DNA of 64,000 nucleotides from Ignavibacteriales bacterium (GCA_037441705.1 JBBIRR010000011.1:17678-81677); one strand, 5' to 3'; shown: positions 1 through 9,512, counted from the stretch's first letter. The notes: a model not told the origin generated them from the sequence alone. A program made the numbers and translations.

Positions 1-71
1 ACAATCGCAAGCTCGTCATCAAAAAGTCTGCAGACACAATCATCATCCGGGATACTTTCGGGAAAAAATAG
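1..71 (+). CDS. 3' end of upstream gene (partial), possibly a LacI-family regulator
   Basis: Open frame from base 3 (NRKLVIKKSADTIIIRDTFGKK) stops at TAG 69-71, 3 nt before the GH13 ATG. IIIRDT resembles the LacI C-terminal LIIRES strand, and the context is a sugar operon. Only 22 codons are visible. Confidence 0.3.
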   Translation, partial: NRKLVIKKSADTIIIRDTFGKK

Positions 72-74
72 TCT

Positions 75-2036
75 ATGGGGAAAGCATACACACCACCATC
101 GGCTCTGGACATCGTGGAGGAGGTGTTGCGAAGAAAGAAGAAGGAGGCGAAGAAATACACCTACACCATCCCTTCGTTGTGGATGAAAGATGAAATCTTC
201 GATGCGCCGAGCACGCCGAAGCGTGTGAAGGTGAATCCGTTTGAATTTTTTCTGGATGCCGTGGAGAAAGCACGGCGGGCGAAGCAGCCGCCGAAGCCGC
301 AGCCGACCGGGGGCGAGTGGAGTCGGGATGCCGTCATCTACAACATGTTTGTAAGAACAACGGCGGCGTTCGACCACAACGACAACGGGAAGCTCGATAT
401 GCCGGTGAACGCCGACGGATTTCGCGAGACCGGGACGTTCATGAAAGCGTTGGCGCTGCTGCCCTACATCAAGCAGTTGGGAGCGAACACGGTGCATCTC
501 CTCCCGATTACCGCCATCGGTCACGACGGCAACAAAGGAACGCTCGGTTCGCCGTATGCCATCCGCAATCCGTACGAGCTGGATGAGAACCTCGCGGAGC
601 CGGCATTAGGACTCGATGCGAAGACGGAATTCAAAGCGTTCGTCGAAGCGGCGCATCACTTCGGACTTCGGGTTGTGGTGGAGTTTGTGTTCCGTACGGC
701 GGCGAAAGATTCCGACTGGGTGAAGGAACATCCGGAATGGATGTATTGGATCAAAGAGGAGATTCCGAACCGCGACCCTGCGCATCAGGATGAGTCGCGT
801 TACGGCTCGCCCATCTTCACGCCTCATGAATTGGAGCAGATACATCGCAAGGTGCGTGAGCATAACTTCACCGAACTTCTTCCGCCGCATCCGATCTATC
901 GCAGTTTCTTCACCGAACCGCCCGCGCCGGAGGCGGTGAGCAAGGAGAATGGGCGCTACATCGGCACGCTGCCGAACTCGCAGCGCGTGAAGATTCCCGG
1001 CGCCTTCGCCGATTGGCCGCCCGACGACAATCAGCCGCCCTGGGATGACGTCACGTATCTGCGCATGTACGTCCATCCCGACTTCAATTACATTGCCTAC
1101 AACACCATTCGCATGTACGACGAGCGTCTTGCGCGACCCGAGAATATCAATCGGCCGCTGTGGGATAGGATTGTCGGAATCATTCCGTACTATCAGCGCG
1201 AGTTTCACATCGACGGTGTCATGATCGACATGGGCCATGCCCTGCCCATGCAGTTGAAGCAGGAAATGGTGAGTACCGCGCGGAAGAACGATCCCGACTT
1301 TGCCTTCTGGGACGAAAACTTCTCGATTACACGCCGCAGCAGAGAAGAGGGATACAATGCGGTGTTCGGCTTCTTGTGGATTGATGAACACCATCCGCCG
1401 CGCATGAGGTCGTTCTGCAGACGCGCCGCTTCGGAAGGATTCCCGATTCCGTTCTTTGCGACCCCGGAGAATCACAACACGCCGCGAGCGGCGGCGCGCC
1501 CGGGCGGTATTCCCTACTCCATGTGGGCGATGGTGGTGAACAGCTTCCTGCCGGGCATTCCGTTTATTCATTCCGGCTATGAACTTGCCGAAACCTATCC
1601 CATCAACACGGGATTGGATTTCACCAACGACCAGCTGAAGCAGTATCCGTCGGAAAAACTTCCGCTGTTCAGCGAATATGCGTACAACTGGCTGAACAAG
1701 AGCCACATCTGCTGGTGGGTGAAGAAGGTGCTTGCCATCCGCAGCAAGTATCAAAAACTTGTTGTGGACGATAACCCGCTTTCCTTTGTTATGCTGCACG
1801 CCGACTCCAGCCACAGCGAACACATCCTCGCGTTTGCGCGCGTCTGCGAACAGCCGAGGAAACGTCTTGCGGTTGTGTCCAACACGAACTTCCATGCATC
1901 GGAGACGGCTCTCGTGCGGCTGGATTCATCAAGAGACAAAGTCGTGGACTTGCTCGAAGGAAAGGAGTATGCGTTGACGGACGGCCATGTGCGTGCAAAG
2001 CTGCATCCGGGTCAGTGTTTGGTGTTCGAATACTGA
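75..2036 (+). CDS. GH13 alpha-amylase-family protein, Thermotoga maltosyltransferase-like (atypical active site)
   Basis: Motifs YNMFVRTTAAFDH, GTFMKALALLPYIKQLGANTVHLLP, GSPYAIRN, DGVMIDMGHALP (nucleophile D385), WDENF (E414), ENHNTPR and PGIPFIHSGYE; 653 aa. Confidence 0.85.
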   Translation: MGKAYTPPSALDIVEEVLRRKKKEAKKYTYTIPSLWMKDEIFDAPSTPKRVKVNPFEFFLDAVEKARRAKQPPKPQPTGGEWSRDAVIYNMFVRTTAAFDHNDNGKLDMPVNADGFRETGTFMKALALLPYIKQLGANTVHLLPITAIGHDGNKGTLGSPYAIRNPYELDENLAEPALGLDAKTEFKAFVEAAHHFGLRVVVEFVFRTAAKDSDWVKEHPEWMYWIKEEIPNRDPAHQDESRYGSPIFTPHELEQIHRKVREHNFTELLPPHPIYRSFFTEPPAPEAVSKENGRYIGTLPNSQRVKIPGAFADWPPDDNQPPWDDVTYLRMYVHPDFNYIAYNTIRMYDERLARPENINRPLWDRIVGIIPYYQREFHIDGVMIDMGHALPMQLKQEMVSTARKNDPDFAFWDENFSITRRSREEGYNAVFGFLWIDEHHPPRMRSFCRRAASEGFPIPFFATPENHNTPRAAARPGGIPYSMWAMVVNSFLPGIPFIHSGYELAETYPINTGLDFTNDQLKQYPSEKLPLFSEYAYNWLNKSHICWWVKKVLAIRSKYQKLVVDDNPLSFVMLHADSSHSEHILAFARVCEQPRKRLAVVSNTNFHASETALVRLDSSRDKVVDLLEGKEYALTDGHVRAKLHPGQCLVFEY

Positions 2037-3295
2037 TGGCGGCCTCGCATACATCCGCCGCTCGCCGATGGTGCGCGGTGTTCGCTCTGGTTCTTGCTGC
2101 GGTACTCCTGACGGGTGGATGCAGGCGCCCGATGAATCCCCACCACATCGTTATCTGGCATCAGATGCGCGTGGATGAACGGGTGATTCTCGAAGCGCAG
2201 TTGAAACGCTTCATGGCGCAGAACCCGGGCATCACGGCGGAGGCCATTTACAAGGAGACGGAGGAGCTTCGCTCGGGTTTTATTGTGGCTGCTATTGCCG
2301 GGCAGGGACCTGATCTGGTGTATGGTCCTTCGGATCAAGTCGGCCCGTTTGAGGTGATGGGGATTATCGAACCCCTGGAACAGTTTTTCGAGCAAGAGTA
2401 TCTTCAACGGTTCATTCCGAAAGGATTGACCTACTACAACGGCCATCTGTACCAGATTGCTGACAAGTTAGGCAATCACCTCACGCTTGTGTACAACAAA
2501 GCGCTCGTTTCCAGGCCGCCGGAAACCGACGAAGAGTTGATCGCGATAGGCAAGAAGCTGACGATTGACAAAGACGGCGACGGCAAGATTGACCAGTACG
2601 CGTTATGCTGGAACTACACCGAGCCGTTCTTCTTCATTCCCTTCATGACGGGGTTCGGCGGATGGGTGATGACCGACGACGGCAAGCCGACGCTCGATTC
2701 AGAAGGAACGATTCGGGCGCTGCAGTTCATTCGTGACTTGCGGGACAAGTACAAAATCATCCCGGGCGAAGCGGACTACAACATTGCCGATGCGTTGTTC
2801 AAGGATGGCAAGAGTGCAATGATCATCAATGGTGACTGGTCGTGGGCGGGGTACAAGAAGGCGGGGATCGCCATCGGTGTAGCGCCGCTTCCGAAGATTG
2901 CAAGCACGGGCTTGTGGTGCGCGCCGATGGTTTCGCCCAAGGGCTACTCGCTCAATGCGAATGTGCCGCCGGAAAAAAGGCCGCTGGTGATCAACCTGCT
3001 GCGGTTTCTCATGGAGCCTGAACAGCAACTGGAAACGGCTCGTATCCTCAACACGATGCCCACACGTATCGAAGCGGTCAACTCCGACTTTGTGCAGAAC
3101 GATGAAATCCTCCGGAACTCTGCGCTGCAGATCGAGCGTGGGCGCCCCATGCCCGTTGTGCCCGAGTTGCGCGCAATCTGGGACGCGATGCGTCCGGGCT
3201 ATCAGGCTGTGCTCGGCGGGTCAAAAACACCCCAGCAGGCGGCGAAGGAAATGCAGCTCCTTGCCGTTCGCAAGATTCAAGAATTGAACGAGTAG
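2036..3295 (+). CDS. malE: Maltose/maltodextrin ABC transporter substrate-binding lipoprotein (MalE-like)
   Basis: ATG overlaps the GH13 stop (TGATG). Lipobox LLTGGC. Motifs GQGPDL, LVYNK, FKDGKSAMIINGDW and PMPVVPELRAIW. Confidence 0.85.
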   Translation: MAASHTSAARRWCAVFALVLAAVLLTGGCRRPMNPHHIVIWHQMRVDERVILEAQLKRFMAQNPGITAEAIYKETEELRSGFIVAAIAGQGPDLVYGPSDQVGPFEVMGIIEPLEQFFEQEYLQRFIPKGLTYYNGHLYQIADKLGNHLTLVYNKALVSRPPETDEELIAIGKKLTIDKDGDGKIDQYALCWNYTEPFFFIPFMTGFGGWVMTDDGKPTLDSEGTIRALQFIRDLRDKYKIIPGEADYNIADALFKDGKSAMIINGDWSWAGYKKAGIAIGVAPLPKIASTGLWCAPMVSPKGYSLNANVPPEKRPLVINLLRFLMEPEQQLETARILNTMPTRIEAVNSDFVQNDEILRNSALQIERGRPMPVVPELRAIWDAMRPGYQAVLGGSKTPQQAAKEMQLLAVRKIQELNE

Positions 3296-3303
3296 CAAGG
3301 ACC

Positions 3304-4203
3304 ATGGAAAATCGCCTTCAACATAAGCTGTTCGTCGCGTTCCTCATCGTTCCATCCTTTCTCATTCTTTTTGCGGTCGTCTTTTATCCGTTCGTGTACA
3401 ACGTGGTCATCTCGTTCTCGAACATGAACCTCCGCCACATCAAGGACTGGACGATCATTGGTCCGCAGCAGTATGTCAAAGTCTTTACCGAACCCACGCA
3501 ACCCGATTTCTACAGTGTTTTCCTGAAGACCATCATCTGGACTGTGGTGAACGTCTTTTTCCATGTTGTGATAGGAGTTTTCCTCGCGTTGCTTCTGAAC
3601 CAGCGAGATGTGAGAGGGAAGCCTGTCTTTCGGACGCTGTTGATTCTGCCGTGGGCAATTCCGCAGTACATTGTTGCTCTGACGTGGCGGGGCATGTTCA
3701 ACTATGAGTATGGCTCTATCAATCTCATTATTACAAAATACCTGAACCTCCCCGCCGTCGAATGGCTCAAAAGTCCCACCGAAGCGTTCATCGCCTGCAT
3801 TCTCACAAATGTCTGGCTCGGCTTTCCCTTCATGATGGTGATAGCGCTGGGTGCCCTCCAGAGCATTCCACATGAGTTGTACGAGGCAGCGGACATTGAT
3901 GGCGCGTCGTGGTGGCATAAGCTCTGGAGGATTACCGTCCCGCTCATCCGTCCGGTGATGGTGCCGGCGATTACGCTCGGTACCGTATGGACGTTCAACA
4001 ACCTGAACATCGTCTGGTTGGTAAGCAACGCCGGTGAACCGTCGGACCAGACGCACATCCTTGTGTCCTTTGTTTACAAGGCGGCGTTCAATCTATATCG
4101 GTACGGGTATGCAGCCGCGCTTTCGATGGTGATCTTTGTTATCCTCCTCGCGTTCAGTCTTTTCTTCATGAAGAGGACTCGAGCAACGGAGGCGGCGTAT
4201 TAG
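3304..4203 (+). CDS. malF: Sugar ABC transporter permease (MalF-like)
   Basis: Six hydrophobic segments, LILPWAIP, and EAA loop LQSIPHELYEAADIDGASWW. SD AAGGA. Confidence 0.9.
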   Translation: MENRLQHKLFVAFLIVPSFLILFAVVFYPFVYNVVISFSNMNLRHIKDWTIIGPQQYVKVFTEPTQPDFYSVFLKTIIWTVVNVFFHVVIGVFLALLLNQRDVRGKPVFRTLLILPWAIPQYIVALTWRGMFNYEYGSINLIITKYLNLPAVEWLKSPTEAFIACILTNVWLGFPFMMVIALGALQSIPHELYEAADIDGASWWHKLWRITVPLIRPVMVPAITLGTVWTFNNLNIVWLVSNAGEPSDQTHILVSFVYKAAFNLYRYGYAAALSMVIFVILLAFSLFFMKRTRATEAAY

Positions 4204-4274
4204 AATGGAGTGATGGAATGGTGGAGTGGGGGACTGATGGAAAGATGGAGTGATGGAGTGATGGGTGGGTGGGA
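4203..4274 (+). repeat. Degenerate 8-bp tandem repeat (consensus TGATGGAG, about 9 units)
   Basis: gaatggag tgatggaa tggtggag tgggggac tgatggaa agatggag tgatggag tgatgggt gggtggga, read directly between the two permease genes. Confidence 0.85.
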
Positions 4275-4364
4275 AGCTCAAGATTTGGCAGAAGGCAATC
4301 TCTTTGTACAAACGTGTGTGGTTTTGACCGGGCGATGTATTTCAACGATGTACGAGGTTTCACG

Positions 4365-5192
4365 ATGAAGCGTACGCTTCGGCTGGCGGCAACTTACCTT
4401 GCGCTGATACTCTTCAGTGTCGTTGCGGTGTATCCCGTTTCACAGGTTGTCACCATCTCACTCCGCCCTGCAGATAAGCTGCTATCGACATCCCTGGAGA
4501 TCATTCCGGAGAACGCGACGTTCGACAATTACGAGCGGCTCTTCACAGACCAGCCTTTCTTGCTGTGGCTGTGGAACAGCATTCTTGTCTCCGGCGTGGT
4601 GACGATTACCGGGGTGGTTCTCGCCGCGATGGCGGGCTACGCGTTCTCTCGCTTTCATTTCATCGGAAAGAAATTCGGCTTGCTCAGTCTGCTGACGACG
4701 CAGATGTTTCCTGCAACCATGCTGCTGCTGCCGCTCTACATCATGCTCATCAAGCTCGGACTCATCAACACGTATCTCGGCGTCATCATTATCTATACCG
4801 CGACAGCGCTGCCGTTTACGATTTGGACGATGAAGGGCTACTACGACACGATCCCGACAAGCCTCGAAGAAGCGGCACGCATTGACGGCTGCAATCAATT
4901 CCAAGCCTTCTACAAGATCATCCTGCCGCTGGCAGCGCCGGCTCTGGTCATCACCGCTCTGTTCTCATTCATGACGGCGTGGGCCGAGTATCTCGTTGCT
5001 GCACAGATCCTTCAGGACTCACAGCTGTGGACCCTCCCGCTAGGACTCAAATCGTTCGAATCGAACATGAGCACGGAGTGGGGACTGTACGGGGCGTCGT
5101 CCATTATTGTCACGATTCCCGTCGTGATACTCTTTCTTGCCTTGAGCAAATATCTCGTTTCGGGATTGACGTTAGGAAGTGTGAAGGGATAG
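4365..5192 (+). CDS. malG: Sugar ABC transporter permease (MalG-like)
   Basis: ATG 4365 follows GAGG. Motifs AGYAFSRF, QMFP and EAA loop YYDTIPTSLEEAARIDGC; ends LVSGLTLGSVKG. Confidence 0.9.
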   Translation: MKRTLRLAATYLALILFSVVAVYPVSQVVTISLRPADKLLSTSLEIIPENATFDNYERLFTDQPFLLWLWNSILVSGVVTITGVVLAAMAGYAFSRFHFIGKKFGLLSLLTTQMFPATMLLLPLYIMLIKLGLINTYLGVIIIYTATALPFTIWTMKGYYDTIPTSLEEAARIDGCNQFQAFYKIILPLAAPALVITALFSFMTAWAEYLVAAQILQDSQLWTLPLGLKSFESNMSTEWGLYGASSIIVTIPVVILFLALSKYLVSGLTLGSVKG

Positions 5193-5247
5193 GTCAGGGT
5201 AACGAACCGGAGTTTGCGTGCCGCGTTCGAAGGTCGCTGAGGATTCT

Positions 5248-8200
5248 CTATCGCGTCTCGAGGACGTCATACACATTCGGCTCATCCATTCTCGTTCTTC
5301 CACCTCCATGCCACTCGCTTGCGTTTTCTCGTACAGCCCTGAACTCACCTAAGCCCGCGCCGCCGTGATCGTCCTGCCCGCCGACGAGAACGGTGAACGT
5401 CCATTTCTCCGTTGGCGTGCCGAGATACTTCGTTGGGAGCGCGAAGCGAATAACGCCGCGTTCAGCATCGCCCAACGGATGCGAAACGTCTTCCTCCTTC
5501 GGGACGTATGCCGCAAGCACACGCCCCTCCTTGTCCTCGAGTTGAACGCCGCCGCCCACATAGATAATTCTTTCGTATGCGCGCCGAGGCGGCAGCATGA
5601 AATTTGAATTCCGTCCAACCAATCGTCTCCCGGAGTTTTCGATTCCATCTTCATCAATGGCGATGGCGATGAACGTCAACTGGAACCCATATTCGAGATG
5701 CCAGCCGGGGTTTGCTAGCGCCGCGAACTGCAGCTCGAAGTACGCCATCGAGTCGTCTGCCGAGACGGCAAACCGAGTGATGTCAAATCCCCCTTTTTTG
5801 AAATGCGGGCTGAGCGGGTACGTGAATGCTCCCGTTCCATTGTCATCGCCTTCCGGATCATCAACCGAGACAAGGCTGCGTGCCACCGGGTTGAATGCCT
5901 TGATGGCAGGATGTGGAACTAAAGCATAGTCAGGTGGACGAAGAGCTTTGAGCCCGGCACGAAGCGAAGGAGCCACGAACGCCAGCGGCGAGCGACTACT
6001 GAGGGCTGCGGCGTTGTTGATAGTTTCACTGATGAAGTTATCTCTAATTCCTTCTGATACAAGAGATAAGGCTGAATCACTTAGCGTAATGAATATGTGA
6101 GAATTAGGTCGAACCTTGAACGTGCCTGAGATTTCTTGGCTGTCATCCATCAGCAGGTGAATCTCGGCTGTCCCGCCTTTCCGCAGATTGCTGGCGTCGA
6201 TACGAACGGAGGTGGTTTCGTTCGTGCTCCCGATTTCAAACGGCAATGCTCGGCCGTTGAGGTTGATGACGGCCTTCACTGCACCGAGTGCCTTCGGTAT
6301 CCTCGGTCGGAGCACGAGGTGATGATTCAGCAAGCTGACACGAGCCCCAAGATAATCATCATAGAAATTGCGGATGAACTCAGCGAGGTTCCAAGCTTGC
6401 GAGATGGTGCCTGACAGCAACGGCTCACGCTCGTCCGCCCGCGGCAGCGCGTCGAGCAGTTCCGATTGTGTGCCGACCGCGCCTCGGTCCAGGATTTGGT
6501 GAACTGCATTTTGCGTTAGTCGGAATGCGAACTCATGCTCATTGAAATGGACCAACTCCGAAATCAGCGGACCTTGAAGCCACGTCCATACAACTCCGTT
6601 GTGGTATGCCGCGTCTTTTGGATAGTAAGGCGGATAAAGATGGTACGGATGAAAATCGTCATCCTCTTGCGAGAGCGACGCAACGCCGTACTCGTACGTG
6701 AGTTTTGAGACGACGGTTTGCACAACCTGTGCACGGAGTTCCTCGGGCAGCAGTCGTGCTGTGAAAATCTGATTGGGCCGAAGTCGGTTGTCGGGCGATC
6801 CATCTCGTCGCAGGTGGTCAACGACCTGACCGTGATGGATGAAGAAGCGGAGGAAGTTCTGTCTCAGAAGAAGGAGGTGATCACGCCACCGTTGTGCGCG
6901 GGAGCTATCCTGAAGTTGCGTTGCGAACCACACTCCGGCTTCCAGCTGCTGTGCCCATAGTGCCTGCACGTCGTTTGCCCGATTGCCGCGCGGGCTCCAC
7001 GGCCCGTCTGGTCCGACGGCGTCCATCCACGTTTCCGCGTCGCCGTGCGTGAGAAAGCCGAGGGAATCGCAATGATGGCGCAGCGTCCCTTCAATTGATC
7101 GAACGATTGTGGGATAGATGGAAGACATGAACGCGGTATCGCCGGAGCGTTCAACATACTCTCGCGCCATCATCACGAAGCGCGGCGTACCGTCTGCCGT
7201 GTTGTATGCCCGGTCGGTTGTGGTGATGATGTTGGGGATTCGCCCGTAGTCGTGCGAAGTCGAGTCGCGCTGCTGGTGCGCCGCAAAGCTCAGCAGGATT
7301 TCCTTAGCCTCGCCGAAACGTCCCAGCACAAGCGTTGCACCGGGTAGTGCAATAAACGTGTCGCGGCCCCAGTAGTTGTTGAACCACGGCAGCCCGGCGA
7401 AAATCCCCTTCATGCGTTGGTTCATCAGGAGTGCATCGAGCGAGAGTTTTGCCCACGCCAGCGCCTTGTTGAAGTCTGCATTCTCCGTCTCGACGAACGT
7501 CTCGCGCAGCAGGCGCTCCATGCGCTCGCGACGGACGCGATGATAGCGATCCTTGTGCTTGAGGTACGAGCGTGCATGCTGTACGGCTTCCTCAGGTGTA
7601 TCGCCAACGCTGAAGACGAGAACATGCGTAGTTGCCTTCCGGCCGGCGACAATGACCGGCGAGAAGTTGTTTTGCCTTTGCGTGGATTTCCTCTGTGGCA
7701 GAAAACCCGCTCCATGAATCGCCAGCCAAACGGGATACGGCTGCTGTTCTGTTTTCGAAAGATGGCTTCTACGCGCGAGAAGCACAAGCTGTTCTCGAAA
7801 CCGCGTGACGTAATCACGGGCGCCTTCGGAGAACAAGGGAATGACATCAATGTGTACAGGCTTCGGCGCAGTGACCGTAACTGAGAACAGCGCGAGGCTA
7901 TCAACGAGCCGCAATTCTTCGACAATGCCGCCCGGATACAGGCGCTTCAAGTAGTCGGGATACACGACGACCGAACGCGCAGAAGAACGGTCGAGTCTCT
8001 TTTCCTCAATCCAGATCTCATAGTCGTGAACGAACGTGTGACCGAACACGTTAAACCCTTGCCAGACCGAGCGGTTCTCTGCATGCGTTTCGCCGATGAA
8101 GAAAGCAGTTTCCTTATTCGTGAAGGCAAACTCTCGGGATACGCCCTTCACCTCGATCGCCAGCTCTTCGACAAGCGGCTGTGAGAACGATTGCGTGAGA

Positions 8201-8271
8201 AGCCTCAGAGAGAGAACTCCCACGGTCGCAAAACCGATCCGTGAGTTGCGGTGGGTATATCCGCGCCTCAT
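5248..8271 (-). CDS. Exported amylo-alpha-1,6-glucosidase (glycogen debranching family) with C-terminal glucodextranase/DOMON-like domain
   Basis: Motifs AGLPWFNNYWGRDTFIALPG, YNTADGT, ETWMDA, AYHNGVVWTW and SELLD...QAW. C-terminal DDPEGDDNGTGAFTYP...NPGW...GF is DOMON-like. Start placed at the ATGA overlap with the upstream esterase stop; N-terminus is signal-peptide-like. Confidence 0.85.
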   Translation of the reverse strand: MRRGYTHRNSRIGFATVGVLSLRLLTQSFSQPLVEELAIEVKGVSREFAFTNKETAFFIGETHAENRSVWQGFNVFGHTFVHDYEIWIEEKRLDRSSARSVVVYPDYLKRLYPGGIVEELRLVDSLALFSVTVTAPKPVHIDVIPLFSEGARDYVTRFREQLVLLARRSHLSKTEQQPYPVWLAIHGAGFLPQRKSTQRQNNFSPVIVAGRKATTHVLVFSVGDTPEEAVQHARSYLKHKDRYHRVRRERMERLLRETFVETENADFNKALAWAKLSLDALLMNQRMKGIFAGLPWFNNYWGRDTFIALPGATLVLGRFGEAKEILLSFAAHQQRDSTSHDYGRIPNIITTTDRAYNTADGTPRFVMMAREYVERSGDTAFMSSIYPTIVRSIEGTLRHHCDSLGFLTHGDAETWMDAVGPDGPWSPRGNRANDVQALWAQQLEAGVWFATQLQDSSRAQRWRDHLLLLRQNFLRFFIHHGQVVDHLRRDGSPDNRLRPNQIFTARLLPEELRAQVVQTVVSKLTYEYGVASLSQEDDDFHPYHLYPPYYPKDAAYHNGVVWTWLQGPLISELVHFNEHEFAFRLTQNAVHQILDRGAVGTQSELLDALPRADEREPLLSGTISQAWNLAEFIRNFYDDYLGARVSLLNHHLVLRPRIPKALGAVKAVINLNGRALPFEIGSTNETTSVRIDASNLRKGGTAEIHLLMDDSQEISGTFKVRPNSHIFITLSDSALSLVSEGIRDNFISETINNAAALSSRSPLAFVAPSLRAGLKALRPPDYALVPHPAIKAFNPVARSLVSVDDPEGDDNGTGAFTYPLSPHFKKGGFDITRFAVSADDSMAYFELQFAALANPGWHLEYGFQLTFIAIAIDEDGIENSGRRLVGRNSNFMLPPRRAYERIIYVGGGVQLEDKEGRVLAAYVPKEEDVSHPLGDAERGVIRFALPTKYLGTPTEKWTFTVLVGGQDDHGGAGLGEFRAVRENASEWHGGGRTRMDEPNVYDVLETR

Positions 8272-9512
8272 CGCGTACCAAAGAAGTATTCCAGGATGGA
8301 GCTGATGCGCGCTCGCCAGTTGAACCAATTGTGTCCTTCCGGATGCTCTTCGTAGTGGAGAGGATAGCCTTTCTCTTCCATCACCATTTTCATCCGATAT
8401 GCTTTCTCCTGAGCATCGTGGATCGTGCCTGTGTCGATGAAGAAGCGTACGTTCTTGCGCGGGCTATTAGCGATCAGCGCGATAAGCGAATCGTTTGCCC
8501 ACCAGTAGGCTGGAGACTGCGCCGCGCTGAGGCCGAACACATCCGGCCGGGTGAATGCCGCGTACGTTGCGATCAGTCCGCCAAGCGAGGCGCCCATAAT
8601 CCCCGTTCGGGCCGGGTCGGTGGCGGCGTTGTACCGACTGGCAATGATTGGTCGGAGTTCCTCGGCGAGGAAGCGTACGTAGGAGTCGCTCATCGTGTAA
8701 TCCATCATCCGCTTGTTAGTGCTCGGGTTGCGGGGGTCTGTTCGGGGGTCAACGAATACTGCGACGATGGGCGGGATGCGTCCATCGGCAAGCATGTTGT
8801 CCAGCACGTTCGTCATCAGCGCAAGCGAGATGTACTCGCCTCCATCGTTCACGTAGAGCGTGGCGTAGCGCGCCGAGGACGATTTTCCATAGTCGGGCGG
8901 AAGGTAGACGAAAACGGGATGCGTCCGCTGAAGGATCGTGCTGCTGATGCTGAGTGTGTCGAGTTTTCCATGAGGAACGTCTGGGCGAAACTCGACTTCC
9001 TTCGGGGGACGGTAGAGAGGCATGCAGACTTCCGAGTTAGGTCCGTAGCCGCCGATGGCCCGCCGTTGATTGATTGGATCGAGTATCCAGGCCGAATCTA
9101 CGACAAACTTGTACTCGCATCGAGCGGCAAGGGGGAGACGCTTGCTGAGGACAAACAGTTGTGTTTGGGCCACGCGTTGCATTGTGTCGGCTTCAGGATT
9201 CCAGCCGTTCAAGTCGCCTGGGACTGCTACGTGTGCAGCCGGGCCAATGTAGACGAAGTGCACCGTCGAATCCTCCACAATCACCTGCCCGTTGAAGCGC
9301 AAAGTTGCATGCAGATGTTCGACAAGTACACGCCTGCAAGTGGAGTCCGCTTCTTGAATTTCCCGCAGAATGTGAGCGAAGGGCCTTCCGAGAAAACCGC
9401 CTGCATGACGCATATCGAGCGCCTGACTTCGCGTCGTAGCGGGGATCGCCAACAGAAAGAGTGCGCTGAAAAATTGGAATGAGTGCCGGAGCGCGGCCCG
9501 AATGGGTGTCAT
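8268..9512 (-). CDS. Secreted alpha/beta-hydrolase esterase (Fes/CE1-like) with N-terminal CBM48/E-set-like domain
   Basis: Signal peptide MTPIRAALRHSFQFFSALFLLAIP. CBM48-like VPGDLNGW and YKFVVDSAWILDP. Esterase motifs VYLPPDY, NDG, nucleophile elbow GASLGG and EGHNW. Confidence 0.85.
   Translation of the reverse strand: MTPIRAALRHSFQFFSALFLLAIPATTRSQALDMRHAGGFLGRPFAHILREIQEADSTCRRVLVEHLHATLRFNGQVIVEDSTVHFVYIGPAAHVAVPGDLNGWNPEADTMQRVAQTQLFVLSKRLPLAARCEYKFVVDSAWILDPINQRRAIGGYGPNSEVCMPLYRPPKEVEFRPDVPHGKLDTLSISSTILQRTHPVFVYLPPDYGKSSSARYATLYVNDGGEYISLALMTNVLDNMLADGRIPPIVAVFVDPRTDPRNPSTNKRMMDYTMSDSYVRFLAEELRPIIASRYNAATDPARTGIMGASLGGLIATYAAFTRPDVFGLSAAQSPAYWWANDSLIALIANSPRKNVRFFIDTGTIHDAQEKAYRMKMVMEEKGYPLHYEEHPEGHNWFNWRARISSILEYFFGTR

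Noticed and set aside
4203-4274. Possible CRISPR array (also considered for 40103-40237)
   Set aside because: Units are 7-10 bp with no unique spacers, and no cas genes are present.
5203-5219. 17-bp exact match CGAACCGGAGTTTGCGT, also at 48157-48173
   Set aside because: Only two copies, non-palindromic, in unrelated contexts; a single 17-mer match in 64 kb is within chance expectation.
606-9482. Long antisense ORFs 606..1895 and 8241..9482 (also 38802..40046 and 41801..42946)
   Set aside because: Each lies opposite a confidently identified gene and lacks motifs or an SD.
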